Part shown: in pieces, positions 47,381 through 62,291 of the stretch
Position numbering within the stretch: position 1 is the stretch's first letter
How the letters are laid out: every line of letters begins with the position of its first letter
Source: the human T2T-CHM13v2.0 reference genome, Homo sapiens
Direction: 5' to 3' (one strand)
Assembly: GCF_009914755.1 (NCBI RefSeq)
Contig: NC_060933.1
Length of the DNA: 64,000 nucleotides
Made by a program: the position numbers and the translations under genes
The notes under the pieces: model-generated
Told to the model about the DNA's origin: nothing
Database searches by the model: none
The model's input: only the letters and a program-made list of their open reading frames with translations

Positions 47381-50300
47381 TCGATCAATATTTATGGCAC
47401 AGAAATGAATAAGGATGGGGGACTGGGCTGCCCCCAGTAGGCCTCTAGGGGACTTGCATTCCAAGGACCCTTGAGTATGCTCTCTCAGGGTGAATTGCTT
47501 CCATGGGTCCTTCCTGTTATTCTCAAGCCCTGGGTTCTGTTTATTTCCCTCTCACTGCTTTCAGAGTCGACAGTGATCTGAAGTGATACGGTTATTCGTC
47601 TGCAGGTTTAGTCTGCTCCCTGATTTGCCTGCAGGCTGCCATGAGGCTGTGGCTGCCATGGCTACCTGTGTCTTCCCATGGAAGATGCCGGCCGTGGCGT
47701 GCTTGCTGGGTGGGCTGTGTGGAGGCTGGCTGAGACATGGCCCTGTCCTGGAGAAGTTGCTTGCTGGGAGTCCTGACTGGGGAATGTTTGGGATGCTGGG
47801 GGAGGAAGTGAGGCAGAGCAGGTTCTCGACTCCAGCGGAGCCAGTGAACACAGGGACACCTCTCCATAGGAGGTAACACTGGTGCTGAAACTGAAGTCAT
47901 ATACTTGGCAGAGAAGATTCTGGAAGGGGACACAGCATGAGCAAAGGCTAGGACGTGTACCATATTACAAGGCCCATACCTGGAATCCTCAGGTGCTCAG
48001 AGTCCGGAGCACACAGGGTGTCTGAAGTAGGTAAGTGGGAGGGAGGGATGGGCCACAAAGGTCTTTCATCATCTCTCCCCCAAGCCTAGGCTTTCTGTTT
48101 GGAGATCCTGGACAAAACAGCCCCTTGAAGGAGACTTTAGGATACCTCAGGCCCTGGGCACACTGTTCAACTACCCTGTTGTGTCTGACAGAGGAGGGTC
48201 TGAGAGAAACCAACGGCTTGGTGCTGTTTGTAGAAAAACGACAATAAACAGGGCTGTGGGTGGACAGATCAAAGGGTTCTGTTACCATAGCAACAGAGGG
48301 ACAGGCCAACCCTAAAATAAAAGAAGAAAAGTAGGCACCTGCCAGAAAAGGTTCTGAGAGAAATCTCAGCACACCCTGCAGGGAGACACAGGAACAGCCT
48401 ATCTGGGCCTTGCCTTGGACAATCTGGGTGACCCTGGGCCCTGGATAGCACCTTTCCAGGCTCTGTTTCCTTATCTACACAGAAAGGCACTTCTGCAGCA
48501 CCCTGGGACTCCTCAGTTTGAGAACCATAGCCTTGGAAAGTCTGGAATGTGCTAGGGTTCTATGCACAGAGCCATTGATAGCAGCAGTGCTTATTACAGA
48601 ATAGAAGGAAGGCAGGTAAGAGCCATGATAGCAAACCATCAGCTAGACACATCAGACTGCACAGGTTTACCTTGTTTAAACGGTCCAGTAGGACAGGCAT
48701 CCCCACTTCCAGAGTCTGTTGACTCTGGCACTGCTGGTGTCTCCCCACCACAGCTGGAGCCTTGGGAACCTCTCGTAAATACTCAGCTCCCACCTTCATC
48801 TAGAATAGAGGCGGCAGCCATTCAGCCTCCCTAGCCCACTGTTGGGCTCCACACTGAGCCACTGTGCCTCGTTCTGTCCACCTGGTCCAGCTCCAGGCCT
48901 TCCACAAACTCTGCCTGACTCACCCTGCTCTTATTTCTTGATCTCCTGGGCCCTCAGTCTGCCCATTATTCTACTTTTTTCTCCTCATCTGTAGAAGGGG
49001 AGAACATTTCCCTGCCCTACTCACTTCCCAGATCTGTGGCCAATGAACAAAGGTTTAAGAAAGCCTGTAAAACTGCTAAGAGCTGCCCAGGTGTTGAAAG
49101 GCAGGGTTAGGCAGTAGGTGAGAGGGTAGTTAGTGGTATTGTCACTAACCTGCTAGGTAACCTTGGGTAAGTTACACAGCCTCTCTAGGTTTCTGTTTCC
49201 TCATCAGTAAAATGAGGTTAAGGACAGCATCTACCTCCCAGAATTGCTGTGAGGATTAAATGAGTTAACGCATGATACCAGCTGTCATCATCATCATCGC
49301 TCTTATCATCGTTGCTTTTTATTATCACCGCCACAGTCTCTCCCTAGCTCAGGGGCCCAGTTAGCCAATGATAGCTCTTCCTGGTGTTGACATCCTGTCT
49401 GGATTTCTAAATTCTGGTGCTGGGCAGGGAATTCCCTTGGGATGAAGGGGGCATTCCCTTGGGATGAATTGGGACCCACCCAGCTGTTCTGTTGCCTACC
49501 TTGCAGGGTGAATGGTGACCAGATGTCCCCCCGTCCAAAAATAGCCTGTCTGCTCGAGTGGACTCAGTTCCTGCCCCCTTGGCCCGTGGGCAGAGCCAGT
49601 GTCGGGTCTTTCCTCCTTACCAGTTCTGGTTGTGACTGTCTGGAGTCCCACTTCTATGTGGAAGGTGGTCAGGTGGAGGGACATAGTTCTCAATCTCTTT
49701 CCTATATGGCATTCTCTGCTGCTGCTCTGAATGCATGCATAACTTCTTACCAAGCTGAGTAAACACTGTCTCGAGATAAATGAGGCTGAGCATCTTATTT
49801 TCTATAAAACCTTCTTGTCTAGAAAGATAAAAGGCTCTGCCCTCAGTGCATAGAATGACCATTTCTGGTTTAGTGTAAGAATTCACACTAAATTCCCACA
49901 AAAGATCTCTCTAACAAAGCAGTGAGAGAAACAGAGATTCTTATTTTCTTAGAGTTTGTTACACTCTACCGAAATCCTACCAAATAGCACACCCCACTGC
50001 AGCTCAGCTGTAGCCCGCAAAGACAGTCTAACTATTCTAAATGAAAGTCAACAAAACTACAGCGTCCTAAGGGACTCAAAATTCCCTAATCTGGAGAATC
50101 CTAGAAAGACCAGTGCGAGTTCAGGGCAAGGCTGACTGCAAGACAACTAAAAATATATTTAACAGTACTTTTATGTGAGGTTCCTTATTTTAACAACAAA
50201 TATCTGATTTCAAATGTGTGAAAAGAAATATATTGCCCATCACTTTGAAAACAATATAGTATCTAGAAGGAGCTTTCAGAATGTTTACACACTAGTAGCA

Positions 50301-50455
50301 CTTTTTAGGAGATTTACTTTAAAATTGGGATAAATATGCAATGTCATTTCTCAAGTGATGGATCTTATAAATGAAGGCTTCTACAATGCATAAGAATATA
50401 CTCTTAAAAAGCCCAACATTTCCCATTCATTCTGCGTGTATTAATATTAAAATCA

Positions 50456-50761
<306 letters not shown>

Positions 50762-52525
50762 CTACAGAGCGGGAAGGAGCAGAGGGGAGCCGATGTGAGA
50801 GACAGCTTCCCACGCAGCAACTGGGGGCCCAGGTCATAGGGGGAACCTGCATCATGAACCCCCCAGCCGGAGAGTCTCCTGCGATTCCCCATCACCCACA
50901 GGATAAATCCAGCCAAGCTCCTCTGTGTGACATTCAAGGCCTTTCACAAGCTTGACCTTATCACTCCCCAAACACATATGTGCATTTTGTTGAAGTTTGG
51001 CCACTCCTAGTCCCTGGCCGAGCTGTGATTTTCACCCTCCAGGTCTCTGTAGGTGCTAGTTCTTTTGTCTGGAATACCCTATTCTTTCTATTTGGCAAAC
51101 TTCTAATAATCCTTAAACATCTCGATCAATTGTCACCTCCTCCATGAAGTCCTCTCTAACTCCTGCAGCACAACTAATTACTCCATAGCGCTTTGTCCAC
51201 ATACTTAATTATCAGGAGGAACCACAGTAGTAACAACAATGAGAGGAATAGCTAACATTTAATGAACACTTACTCTGTGCCTGCCTCTAGGTTGATGGTT
51301 TCAGAGGCAGTGTCTCATATAAAAGCAAATATTGTTATTATTCTTATTTTATGGATGAGCAAACTGAGGCTTAAAAGGGCTAAGTAACTTGCTCAATATA
51401 ATAAACTTAATAAGAGATGAAGCCTGGATTTGGACCGAGATCTGTTTTCTCCAGAATTCACATCCTCAAACATTTACAGCAACAATCAGAAGCTATATAA
51501 AGTTGTATACATGTCTTCCCTCCTCAGTAAACTGGGGAGGCCTAGACAGAAAGAAAGCCCATTTTATTTGTGTTCCCTCAGCACCTACCGGGGCCTGGTA
51601 TGCAGTAGCTACTTAAAAGTCTGATGAATTGAATTGACATGAAAGAATATAAAAAGAAGAAATATAACTCCCATTCCTCTTTGCAGCCTGGGATATTTTT
51701 ATTACTCTGTGAGACTCCTACCCCACTTTACGTCTGTTTGATAGGGATCGGCTGGGGGATAAATATTTTCGGTGCCAAAGCTGACCTGTATTTCATTCAC
51801 TTCATGTTTATATATCCCCTCACTCTCCAGAAAAGCTAATGTGATGGAGTAGTTCTGGAAGAGACTCATGGAAAAACAAACAAAACTCAGGCAGAAGCTT
51901 AAGAAATATCACCAGGTTTGGTTTTTAACGATTAAAGCCATTTTTAAAGGAGAAATAAAAACCCGAGGGGCCTTTATGTTACCGAATGTAAAAAGAACAC
52001 GAGGAAAGTGTGGGCTCAGTGACTGCCAAGGAGATTAAATCCAGCAAAACCGCTGTACCTGGGGGCAGGGCACCGGCAAAGCCCGCTCTGAGATTTTCAA
52101 GGATATGGTGAACTGCTGGTGCTTTGCAGAAACCCAGCTTAACTCTCACCCTCTGGGGAACTAGGCAACTCCCTGCCAGTCTTGAGAAACTGGGGCAAAA
52201 TGCCTAAGGAGCTTAGCAGTTAGGGGATGGGTTGGAAGGAGCCTCATATCTACGTGATGCTGAACATGGGGCTGTTTGAGCCCCCAGGCATTTGTCCAGC
52301 TATTCCTGACCCCTGGAAGGCCTGACCTGCACCTTTCTGCTGGCATACTCCTACCCTGATTTCAAGATTGAGCCCAAGCAGCTTCTCCTCCTCCATGAAT
52401 CTAGGCATACCCTGCAAGGGGCATAGATGGCTTTAAAAGCTGAGCACCAGAATTTTCCTCTTGTAAATGTCATAAAGTAAATCCTTCCAATTTAATGGCT
52501 CAAGTATGAAGTCTGAGGAAGTGGA

Positions 52526-52824
52526 TTTTTTTTTTTTTTTTATGGAATCTTGCTTTGTCACTTAGGCTGGAATGCAATGGTGCAATTTAGGCTCACTGCA
52601 GCCTCCACTTCCTTCCTGGGTTCAAGCAATTCTCCTGCCTCAGCCTCCTGAGTAGCTGGGATTACAGGCATGTGCCACTACACCCAGCTAATTTCTGTAT
52701 TTTTAGGAGAGACGGGGTTTCACCATGTTGACCAGGCTGGTCTTGAACTCCTGACCTCAAGTGATCCACCTGCCTCAGCCTCCCAAAGTGCTGTGGTTAC
52801 AGGTGTGAGCCACCACACCTGGCT
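52526..52824 (-). mobile_element. Alu (AluS-like)
   Basis: Poly-T plus reverse dimer; TSD agtggattt at 52520-52528 and 52830-52838. Confidence 0.94.
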
Positions 52825-52859
52825 GGGGCAGTGGATTTCTAAAGTATTTAAAATTAAGT

Positions 52860-53255
52860 GGACCTGAGTTAGAATTCTGGCTCTGTTCCTTGATACCTGT
52901 GTGACCATGAGCCAATCACTTCCTTGCTCTCATTCTGCATTTCTCATTTGTAAAATGGGCAGGGGCAGGGGGAGGGAGAGAGCAGGAGGGCTTCTGTGTT
53001 ATTCTCCAAGTAGGTATAAAGGAAAGGACACAGGTTTTGGAAGTAGAAGACCTCATTCTAATCCCAATTCTTGTCAAGCGTGATCTTGAGCAAGCTGCTT
53101 AACTTTGCTAGGACTCAGTTTCCTTCTTTTTAAAGTGTGGTCAGTGATCCTTAAATTGTACAGTTAGTATAAGAATAAAATGAGATGAGGTATGGAAAGC
53201 ATTTAGTACAGTGTCTGGCACAGAGAAGATGATCAACAAATGGCAGCTGGCTACC
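52860..53255 (+). mobile_element. Two MIR fragments
   Basis: tgtgtgaccatgagccaatcactt...tgtaaaatggg and gtgatcttgagcaagctgcttaac...ctcagtttcc. Confidence 0.7.
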
Positions 53256-54180
53256 ATTACCTGGGTTTTGACAATTAGTGATTCTGTGTTTATGTGTAAG
53301 ACACAGTGACATCTAGGGGCCAAATGTGATACTGCACCTAAGCTCTACTAGACACAAGACTAATCATCATGTGTGGATGGGTGCGTGGTGGGAAGATGCT
53401 GAGAATCAGAGGAGAGGAAATGGTTATTTTCCTTTTGGCACCATTCACAAACCCTGGCATGTAGCCACTGTTTGTGACTGAATGGGTTTAGGCTAAGTAG
53501 TTATGAATCACTTTTTATTTATTAATTGTAGAAATATTTATTGAGTGCCTACCCTGAGTCAGGTTCTGTTCTAGGCACTGAGGATGCAACAGTGGACAAA
53601 ACAAACATTCTGCCCTAAGAAACATGCATGTTTGTGGGGAAGACTAGTAGTGAAAATTATACAAGTACACCCGTGGGAATACAAAATACAATGTCAAGTA
53701 GAGGTGATTTAAAATAATCTTAAATAATGAAAACAGAAGGAAGGAAAGAAAAAAAAGAAGCACTGATCTGAGCACCAGAGACCCCTTGCATTAGGCAAGG
53801 CCATCTCCCTATTCTTAGATTCTTTGACTTCCTTCCTTCTCTTAAATGCTGCCTGAACTTCTCTCTGGGTTACGTCAGTACTCACTGATGCTATCACATG
53901 CAGTCCTCTCTCTGTGGGTAGGAGGTACTTAGTGGCAGATGAGAGCAAAGGCACCCAGTAATGATTAAGCACCTGGTTCTGGAATCAGATCTAAGTTTGA
54001 AATGAACTAACTAGTTGTGTGATCTTGGGTAATTCCCTTCCCACTCTGAACCAGTTTCCTCATCTAGAACATGGGGATAATATTTGCACATCCCACACTA
54101 GATTACCAGAGCCTGGCTTACAATAACTGTTCAACAGATCCAGCGATTTTTACTAAATGTGACTTCTGGGTTGTTTAGAG

Positions 54181-54480
54181 CAGGGATTAGCAAACTACTG
54201 ACTTGGCCCACCATCTATTTTTGCAAATAAAGTTTAATGGGAACGTAGCCTTGCTCGTTTAAATGAGCGTACCCTCAATTACAAGGAGGGTAAGGTAGAG
54301 AAGAGAAATTTACACCTTTACCATACTCATTTAAATGAATGTCATGTGCATATTTGTCTATGGTTGCTTTTATTCTATGAAAGCAAAGTTGAGTAGCTGC
54401 AACCATGACAGAAGAGCCTGCAAAGTCTTACCTATTGACTCTCTGGCTCTTTGCAGAAAAACTTGGCTGATGCTTGGTTA
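54181..54480 (+). mobile_element. MER58A-like hAT MITE carrying an internal insertion
   Basis: cagggattagcaaactac...tttttgcaaataaagtttaatgggaac...gtctatggttgcttt...gttgagtagctgcaac. Confidence 0.75.
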
Positions 54481-55284
54481 AGAGAAAAGGGCATTTCTTC
54501 ATTTTTTCAAAAAACTTGAGATTTTCTGACCTATTCAGACTGGCCTTCCACTAGGGCCAACTCATTTCTTCAGGGAACACCATTCAGGAGGAATACAGCA
54601 TGGATGGTGCCCCTGGGGCTGAGCTCTCCTGTCGTCTTTAGATGGCAGATGCTTCATGACAGCTGCTAAAAGCCCTCAGCATTTTCCTTAAGTTGAGCCC
54701 AGATGAAAGTCTGAGGGTTTATCCTCAGGTGCTTTTCCCACTCATGTTATTGTCTACAACAGAACCCAGTCATATTTGTAGTGAACTTCCATTGTCCTCA
54801 AAAAGCATCTGCCCCCAGAACAGAAGGTGTCATCTCTAAATTTCTACTCTTGTTTCAACACTTCCATTTGGTCCTAGTATGAGGCAAAATAAAGACTGTA
54901 ATAAAACTCCTCAATTTAAAAAGATTTTACAATTGGTCTTTAGAAAAAAAGTAACATGCTGTAAAAATATGAAATTTGGAAGCATTAAGTCACACGTGTT
55001 AATAGCCTTTAATAGCCTTCTTTTGCTTTAATGCTTTCAAAAATGTGGACATATAGGGCATATGGGGTGAAGTTTGTGTATGTATGTTTGGGGAGGGCAA
55101 GCCATCATGGATGAGGGAGGAGGGGTGGGAGCTATGCAAAGAAGAAAAGGATAAAAAACTGCATTGAAAAAAAGCAAATGATTGCATTTGCAAATTTATA
55201 TAAATCTAGTATATATGTCAGTAAAAAAAAAAAAAAAAATAAGGGGGCCACTAAAAAAAGTCCAAACTTCTTTAAAAGAAACAA

Positions 55285-55515
55285 AACAAGTCAGTCACCA
55301 AAGGACAAATATTGTATGGTTTAACTTATATGAGGTTCCTAGAGGAGTCAAATTCATAGAAAGGAGAATCGTGGTGGGCATGGCTGTGGGGAGAGGAAGG
55401 GAGAAGAGGGAGTTAGTGTTGAATGGGTATGGAGTTTCAGTTTGGGAAGATGAAAAGGTTTGGAGATGGATGGTGATGATGGTTGCACAATACAAACGAA
55501 CAACATGAACTGCCA
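55285..55515 (+). mobile_element. L1MB-like 3' UTR fragment
   Basis: caaaggacaaatattgtatggtttaacttatatgagg...ggagtttcagtttgggaagatgaaaaggtttggagatggatggtg. Confidence 0.8.
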
Positions 55516-56799
55516 AAGGCTTTCAGTACAAGATTTGGTACTAATTTTGTTGTGAAAATGATGAAGGCTGGATGAGCACATTATTCCAGTATGAGAAACT
55601 CTTTGGGGTTACTCTGGGTTTTCTAGTGATTCCAGGAGCCGGTTTGCGGTGCTGTGGTTAAGTATTATTTACCAACCAAATTACAGGAGGGTAAGGTAGA
55701 GAAGAGAAATTTATATCTTACCCAAACCACACACTCAATCAGGGAACCAGATTGTTTTGAAAGGGTTGTGACAGGCGTAGTTCAAAAATGGGCTCTTCTT
55801 CACAGTTCCAGTTTTTTACATAACCAAGTTGGTTTTTATTGTTACAGTTTTGTTTTTATTGTGGTAAAATGCACATCAACTTTACCATTTTAACCCTTTT
55901 TAAGTGGAGAGTTCAGTGCCATTAACTCAATAGAGGTGGCCCTGATCCCCTCTGTGCATGAAGTTTATCGCCGTCATTGCCCTTTCTGTCCCTGACATCA
56001 CCCTCACCATCCTTGATGTCATTTCCCCCGCTGGTCCTGAGGCCCTCCTCACCGTCACAATCATCTTCCTCTAGATGCCTGGTGACACAATTACCATCCT
56101 CTGATGTCCACCTCTGTCACCTTCTAGTCCTCTAACCTCATACCCGTTAAGGGACTGTTTTAATCCCCACTGTCTCTGACATCATTACCCTTAAAAACAA
56201 AAGTAGAAAAAAAGTTTTAAAAAGTAAAAAAAAAAAAAAAAAGTAAAGAAACTTTAAAAAGTTAAAAAAGGTTAAAAAAGTGTGTGTGTGGGAGGCTTGT
56301 TTCTCAGATAAGCCTCCTCCCTGGATGCCTGGACCCACTGCAAGCCTGAGCTCTCAGAGTTGGCCCAGACCCTTGGCGGGGACCGAGTTTCCCCTAGCTC
56401 AGGCAGTGCAGGAGGAAGTGAGCAAAAGCCCATGGCCTCTGGTGACCACACCATATCACTGCCCCACAGGGAGCTTCTAGACAACTGAACTCCTGCCGTT
56501 TTCCCAATATGTTTTGTCGATTGTGGCCAGACGGTTGATGTGTTCTTGCTTGGCAGTCATGTTAGAGAGCATAAAGGCAGGTTTCTTATCACAGATGACC
56601 ATAGGGATGAATCACATATTAGCACAAAGGAACCAATACTGTGCTTCTTCCAAACCAGGATGGAGTTGTCATCCTGGTTCAAGAGCAGAACAGCTCTTAA
56701 ACCAGAGCCGCAGAGCAGGAGGGGCCCCAGAAGCCACCTAGGCCAGTGGCTCTCCAGCCTTGGCTTGCTTTGGCCAGGGATGGGGAAAACACAGGCTCC

Positions 56800-57075
56800 T
56801 GGGCTCCTCCCAAGGATTCCCGTTCATTAGGGTCAGGGCGGGGCCCAGGAACTTGCATTTCTAACAGCTTGCAGGGCAGCCGCACTCAGAAGCCCTGACC
56901 TAGACCACAGGTCCCCAACTTTGGCAGTATATTAACATCACCAGGGAAAGCTGAAAAACTACTGATGCTCAGCTCCAGCCCCAAAGCCCTCATTTCAACT
57001 GGCCTGGGCGACTTCCAGTAGTTTTCAAAAGGTCCTCTGGGATTGCAGTCCACAGCCACAGCTGAGGAACACTGG
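56800..57075. mobile_element. MER5-like hAT MITE fragments
   Basis: ggggcccaggaacttgcatttctaacagct and caggtccccaactttggcagtatattaacatcacc. Confidence 0.6.
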
Positions 57076-59333
57076 GGTGGCCAGGCCTCTCATCTTACGG
57101 AGAGTTGTCATAAATGCTGCCGGGGCCCAGAGACGGCCCCTCCATGCGAGCACAGGGACAGGGTGGCAGAGCAGGGCCCCTTCCCCACTCTAAATGCAGC
57201 CTGTGGATTTCCTAAGGTGGTTCGGGTGTGGGGCAGGGGGCAGGGGGCAGAGAACAGAATATACCTCCACCTCATCTGGAGAGGACAGGGGGCTGCAGTC
57301 CTGAAGAAGAACCTTGGCAGTGAAGAGGTGGGTGGGGGGCCTGAGGAGTGAGAGGTATCACCAGGGCACCAGGCAGGAGCCCACAGAATCACAGCTAAGG
57401 GGACAATACTATGTTAATGTGTCCACATTCTACAGATGAGGACACAGAAGTCCTGAAAGACTAAGAGCTTTGTCTAACACGGCAGATCAGCAGTGGAGCA
57501 GAGCCTAGAACTCCAGGCTTCTGTTTAGCCTGTTGGCCTCACTGCTCGGGCTGGGTTGCTGTCTGCCACTGGTGCCAGGTAGCCAGGGAGCAAAATGCAG
57601 GCTTGGATGAAAAACCAGAACAACAGGCTCCATGTTCCACTGGGATGAGCCCACAGTGAGGATCTGCAGAGGAGGTGTTGGTAAACAGGTGATGCCCACA
57701 TCAGGATTTGAAGAGTGTGTGCAGGGGGCTAGGGTGTGGTGGGTGGGGAATTGAATTGAGAAGAAGATTTTTGGTAAGAGGTGTCATGGTACCCTGGTGA
57801 GAGAAATGGGTGGACTGGGAGGGAACGCTTCCTCCATGACCTCAAATCAAGGGAGAGGCCTTGGTTTCCAGTGAAAAGGAGATCACTGGGTGGCTTGATA
57901 GGAGTCTTTGCAGCCTGGGGGACCCTGTGGACTGGTGTCCGACTCCTGCTTGAGAAACCTAAAGGTGGATGATGGACTGGCCAGCTGCTCTGAGGATGGA
58001 ACAAAAGAGAGGCAGCTACTACAGTGACATCAACCTTCAGTCCTTGAGTTTGTAGGTGCAAAGGATGAAGGAATGCTTTCTGTGCCCCAGATGTGGGCCA
58101 TGGGTGAGGGAGAGTTTGTGTGGCCCTGTCCAGGACTAGCTGGAGGGGTGAGGTGACCCCAGGGTGGAGAACTGAAGGGTGCTCAGGAGCAGAGGAAGAA
58201 GCCACAAATAGCCAATTGGGGGAGCATTTCACCTGCATCAAGAGGACGGCAGGAGAGAAAGTCCTAGTAATGAGGGACTCAGAAAAGCGCCCCAGGAGTC
58301 TAAAGGGGCCACTGCAATCCTTGCCAGGCCCAGTAAGCCCAATGCCAGCTCTGAGCAAGTAAGGTATTTCCTGCCTCTTCCACCACTCCTAATTCCAACT
58401 CTGGAGGGGTTGGACACCTGGGTGGATGGGATGATGGGGAAAGAATGCAGGCTGGCCAAAGACAGAAGCGGCCAGCCTATACTCCTTTTCCCAAGGCAGG
58501 TGGCCGGCCTGCTGCAGGCCTGAGCTGGGAGAGGGAGAAGTTGTGCCAATCAATGCTGTTTGCAGTTTTGAATATAACAATAGACTCTACATATTATAAT
58601 AGTTACTAACCAGAGGACCTTCAAGATCACAAGACTTTCACAAATTTTATCCAGAAGAAAGGGGAGCTCCAGTACCACTGCAAGAGTTAAAGAGGACAGT
58701 GGTGGATAAAGTTTCTCTATGACTAAGAGTCAAGGTCTGGCAACATCATATCTATACCAAACCGCACGGGTGGCGAATGCGGTCCACGGTGTGAAGGCTG
58801 AGCTCCTGTCCTACAGGGGCCTCTTTGAAAATGGAATCATTAAATCAGGTACCAGCCCTGTTTCACTCCTCTCTTTTAAGGGCTCCCTATTGCCCATAAG
58901 TTAAAGTGCAGATTCCTTAATGTGGCTCCTGTCTTCCCTTCCAGCCTCTTCCTGTACCCTGTCCCCACAAGCCCTATGCCCCAGCCACACCAAGCCTCTC
59001 TCGGCCCCTGACCACCCTCCTCCCATCCCCAGGCTGCCACGGATGGTTCCTTTGACAAGGTCCCCAGCATCCCTATGCCCTTGGCTCAGCCAACTCCCAC
59101 TCACCCTCCAGGCCCCAGCATAGGTGGCACTTCCTCCATGAAGCCTCCCTTGAGTGTTTCGTACCCCAGCACCCCCCACATGTCCCCAGCCAGCCCTGAT
59201 AACTGTGTATTACAAATGCTTTGTTAACTGTCCGATTTCCCCAGTAGGGTGAAGGTGGCAGGAGGTAGGGATTGTGTTTAGCTTGGATCCCCAGCAAATA
59301 GCTCAGTGCCTGGAATATAGTATATACTTGCTA

Positions 59334-59495
<162 letters not shown>

Positions 59496-61742
59496 CTAGA
59501 GGCCATGAGAAAACAGAGGCATTGACCTTCCTTAGGTAGACAGACTTCATCAGGTATGAGTCCACCCTGCAAGGGGACTCTTTATGATGGGGACAAATAC
59601 TCCCCTCTGCATATAGTTGAGTTTCATTGGCATCTTTCAATCAAATTTCCATTCAATAGGCATTTAGTTCTATCAGCCACTTACCAGACCCAGGTCACTA
59701 GGCACACAGGAGTGCAATATTCAAACCATGCCTTAGATGGGCCTAGAGAGAGCCAGACAGAGGGAGAGCCACAGAGGGCCCCCAGGACTGCTGAGATGCT
59801 GAGATACCACCAAAAGGTGATGGTCCAGCCCTCTGGCCTTCACTTCCCCTCCTCCCTTCCTTCTTCCTGCTGCCCAGCCCTCTCCCCACATGGTCAGGCC
59901 ATGTGGCTACTACTGTCCAGTGTCACCTCAGAAGGTCAGTTAGTCAGCATGGGCCAGACTGGCCACTGAGCCCACACTTAGACCTTGGTCCCTGCTCAGG
60001 ACTGAGGCCCTGTCTGGCTCTCACCTATTCCCCAGGACCAAGGTGTGCCCTGACGCCTAGCCCTGGGTTGGTGGCTAATGGGAACAGCCGGCCCTGACAG
60101 GAGCCTACAACTTGGATCCCTGAAGGCTGGAACAGGCTGGCCACCACCTGTTAGGTCTTAGGGGCCTCCAGGACGCCCACCTTCACCTGTACTGTATCAC
60201 TCCCAGACCCCCCAACCCTCACCATTTAGACTGGACACCCTCTAATACCCAGGAGACGTGCACATCTCCAGGTGGGCCCCACATCATGGTCCAGCCCTGG
60301 GCTGTGCACCACTGAGTTCTGGGGCCTCCCACTCACTGGGACAGAAAAGCCACGTGCCCCATGAGTTGCAGCTCTGAGCTTGGGTCTTTGCTCTCCCTCA
60401 GCTCTGTTGAGCTTAGTTTCCTTTGAAAGGTTCCAACCTGCCTTGGCTGAACACAAGGCAGAAAGTTGGATGTGGTAGGGGAAAAAGAGAGGCAGCCAGG
60501 CTGCAGCAGACAGCTCAGGCCCTCTGCATCCAGAGGAACTGAGCACAGTAGCTTTGCTTGGCTTCCCCAGGCCCCTTCTAGTTCAGGGCTGGCTGCCACC
60601 AACACATGTAGGAAGTTTCCAAGAAATGTTCCCAGCCCATTCCCCTTACAGATTCATTCTGCTCCTGCCTTTCCGGCAACTTGACTCTCCAGGTTTTCAG
60701 AGACAGAACATTTTGCATTTCAATTTTATTTGTAAAAATAGGAACTATTTTTAGATTGCAAGGCTGACCCACTAAATCAAGGGAAGGACAACAGTATCAC
60801 AGCGCTTGTTCAGAAACACAGGCCTGTGAACCATGAATGCTGTGAGGGTACAGGTGGGTGCTTAGCCTTCTATTTTCTTTTTCTTTTTCTTTTTCTTTTT
60901 TTTTAATTTCACAAACAAGGAGAAATCAGATGGGTAAAAATGAACCACAGTGCTTTAGAAAGAATGTAGAATGGCCACATTATTACCCAGATGATCATAA
61001 AAGGATGTGAGAAAAATATACAAAACAGGGAGGGGGAAAGAGCCAATGATAGAGAATTTAGACCTGAGCATATTCAATGAACAGATAATACATTTGTCAT
61101 CTGTCAGAGATGCATGGGACTTGACAGTTCATCTCATTCATTCACTCATTCGTTTGTTTGTTCATTTGTTCATCTTCAACAAGTATTATTAGGACAGAGG
61201 CAAAGTATACAACAATAAAAAGAAATAACAACAACAATAACAGACACCAGGGTGATTTTTTGGAGGTATCAGTTAAGTGAGGAACTCCCTTAACAGGTGA
61301 AGAAACTGAGGCCCAGCGCATTCAAGATAGTTCCCTTAACCATGCCACACAGCTCCAGAGCTAAGCCTGGAACTCGATGCTTTGACCCGGTCCAGGCCTC
61401 TCTCCCCGACATCCTGCTGCTGCCTCCTCCTCAGATGGAGTCTCCTCAACTCAAATCAGGTTCATCTACACCTAGGAGCCGGATGTCAAAGGACCAGGAC
61501 ACACCCAGAGGGGGTAGCTGACCAACCTGTAACACCCTCCAGGGACCTCAGCACACTTGTAAAGCTAATTTAGTGACATGACTGTTAAGACCAATGGTCT
61601 ACAGCATTTTTGATAACATTCTCTTGAACATGTTTAATTTTACAAATGACCATATACAGACCATGGGCATTTTAAAAAGGACAAAGATGAAGTAATATCA
61701 TCATTTTTACCTCATCCTGTGGCTGACAAAGATCTATTTTGA

Positions 61743-62082
<340 letters not shown>

Positions 62083-62291
62083 TTGGTGTGCAAGCATTCT
62101 TAATATTTGCTTTGACTTAGGTTTTCTTTGAAACAATCATTTCCAGGCCACTTGTCTATTTTGTGAGGGCTAAATTCACTCAATCATATAATTAGTCAAG
62201 TTAGTTAAAATTCAATAATATAAATTTAATCTGGCATCTGGAAACTGCAATATGTTGCCATAAACTAAAAGCGAAGAATAGCTGAGGATGC

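Noticed and set aside
56196-56290. A-rich low-complexity tract
   Set aside because: Simple sequence with no adjacent retroposed body or TSD, so no processed pseudogene is supported
57729-58358. 209-aa minus-strand ORF in the intron between the exons
   Set aside because: No recognisable domain, non-ATG start, composition typical of GC-rich intron, and no supporting exon structure
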